Source of the DNA: Octopus bimaculoides
Lineage: Eukaryota
Direction: 5' to 3'
NCBI RefSeq assembly: GCF_001194135.2
Contig: NC_068990.1
Location: 85,553,094-85,617,093 of the forward strand
DNA: 64,000 bases
Shown piece after piece: positions 63,117-64,000 of this stretch. The notes beneath the pieces were generated by a model. That model did no database searches and had not been told where the DNA came from. It was given only the letters and a program-made list of their open reading frames with translations. Both the position numbers and the translations under genes were made by a program. The stretch's first letter is position 1. Every line of letters starts with the position of its first letter.

Positions 63117-63455
63117 GGTCCGCCTTAAGTAACTATATATTTTCTTTTGCTTGTAACTTTGTTGATATTTATTCAACTTTTCTATTTCATATGTCATTTG
63201 AAAGCTGAAATCTTCTATTTTTATTTCTTGTTTTTCCCCCTATTTCAGATATACTGTTATATCAATTATGTCCACCCGATTAACAGAAGAGCAAAAGATT
63301 GGCTATGCTACAGAAGCTGCTTTTGCCGTTATTACAACAGCAGGATGGAGCAGAGGGTCTGTACTTTCTGCAGGATGGGGCACCGGCCCATTATGCTACG
63401 CTTGTGTGAGACTGGCTGGACGCCAACCTGCCCTGTCGATAGATTGGCAGGCGAT
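63112..63455 (+). mobile_element. Tc1/mariner-type deletion derivative
   Basis: Starts TA+CAGGGT. MSTRLTEEQKI N-terminus is fused to LYFLQDGAPAHYATLV*DWLDANLPCR*IGRR (catalytic QDGAP motif). Confidence 0.82.
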
Positions 63456-64000
63456 GGTGGGGGACAAACACAAATACACACACACATGTATATGAGCTGG
63501 CAGAATCGTTAGCATGCCGGGCAAAATGCTTAGCAGCATCTGTCTGTCCTTACGTTTTAACACTGGCAGTGCCCCATCATGGCCGCAGCCTCAAGGCTGA
63601 AACATATAAAATAATATTAGAATATATATACACGACGGGCTTCTTTCAGTTTCCTTCTACCAAATCCACTCACACACTGTATCGATCAGACTATCGGATG
63701 TTGCTGTACACCGCTGATCACAATGCGCTTCCTCACAATTGTAGCTTTTGAGACCAACATTTCAATTCTGCGCCACTCCGCTGCAGGGTTAGCCATTCTA
63801 CAGCCGAGTAGACTAGAGTAACGTCAAATGAAGTGTTTTGCTCAACAACACGACGCACCGCCGGTCTGGGAATCGAAATCACGATCTTGAGATCGTGAGA
63901 GCAACACCCAAAACCTCTCGGCCATGCTTTCACACACACACACACATCATCATCATCATCCACATAATCAAATCTAAAGAGTCAGTTTAATTATTTCATA

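Noticed and set aside
730-63197. Dozens of ORFs rich in HT, CV, YI, poly-X or single residues
   Set aside because: Translations of (CA)n, (TA)n, trinucleotide arrays and N gaps, not genes.
1-64000. CRISPR array, operon or other prokaryotic system
   Set aside because: No regularly spaced repeat-spacer structure or dense ORFs. The sequence is intron-rich animal DNA.

Overview
AT-rich, microsatellite- and gap-rich eukaryotic DNA. The SINE families, (CA)n/(TA)n density and 10-N overlap gaps point to an octopus genome (inference). One large multi-exon gene runs on the minus strand. Eight phase-compatible GT-AG exons (22011 to 4045; 1917 nt, about 639 codons) encode a long acidic/Ser-Pro-rich unique region followed by one complete and one partial I-set immunoglobulin domain (titin/palladin/MLCK-like class; no symbol assigned). 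The 5' end is unresolved, with two competing upstream exon sets. The 3' end lies in a gap or beyond position 1. Introns hold at least five tRNA- or RTE-related SINE-type families, fragments of MULE, Tc1/mariner, Penelope and RTE elements, and several MITEs. Most unusual items: a 28S rRNA fragment fused to an RTE LINE 3' end; two Merlin-like MITEs built from inverted telomeric repeats; a tRNA-headed SINE carrying a Penelope-type minimal hammerhead core; and an inverted SINE pair closing next to a splice donor. All calls are by eye with no database searches, and repeat boundaries are approximate unless defined by a TSD or TIR.
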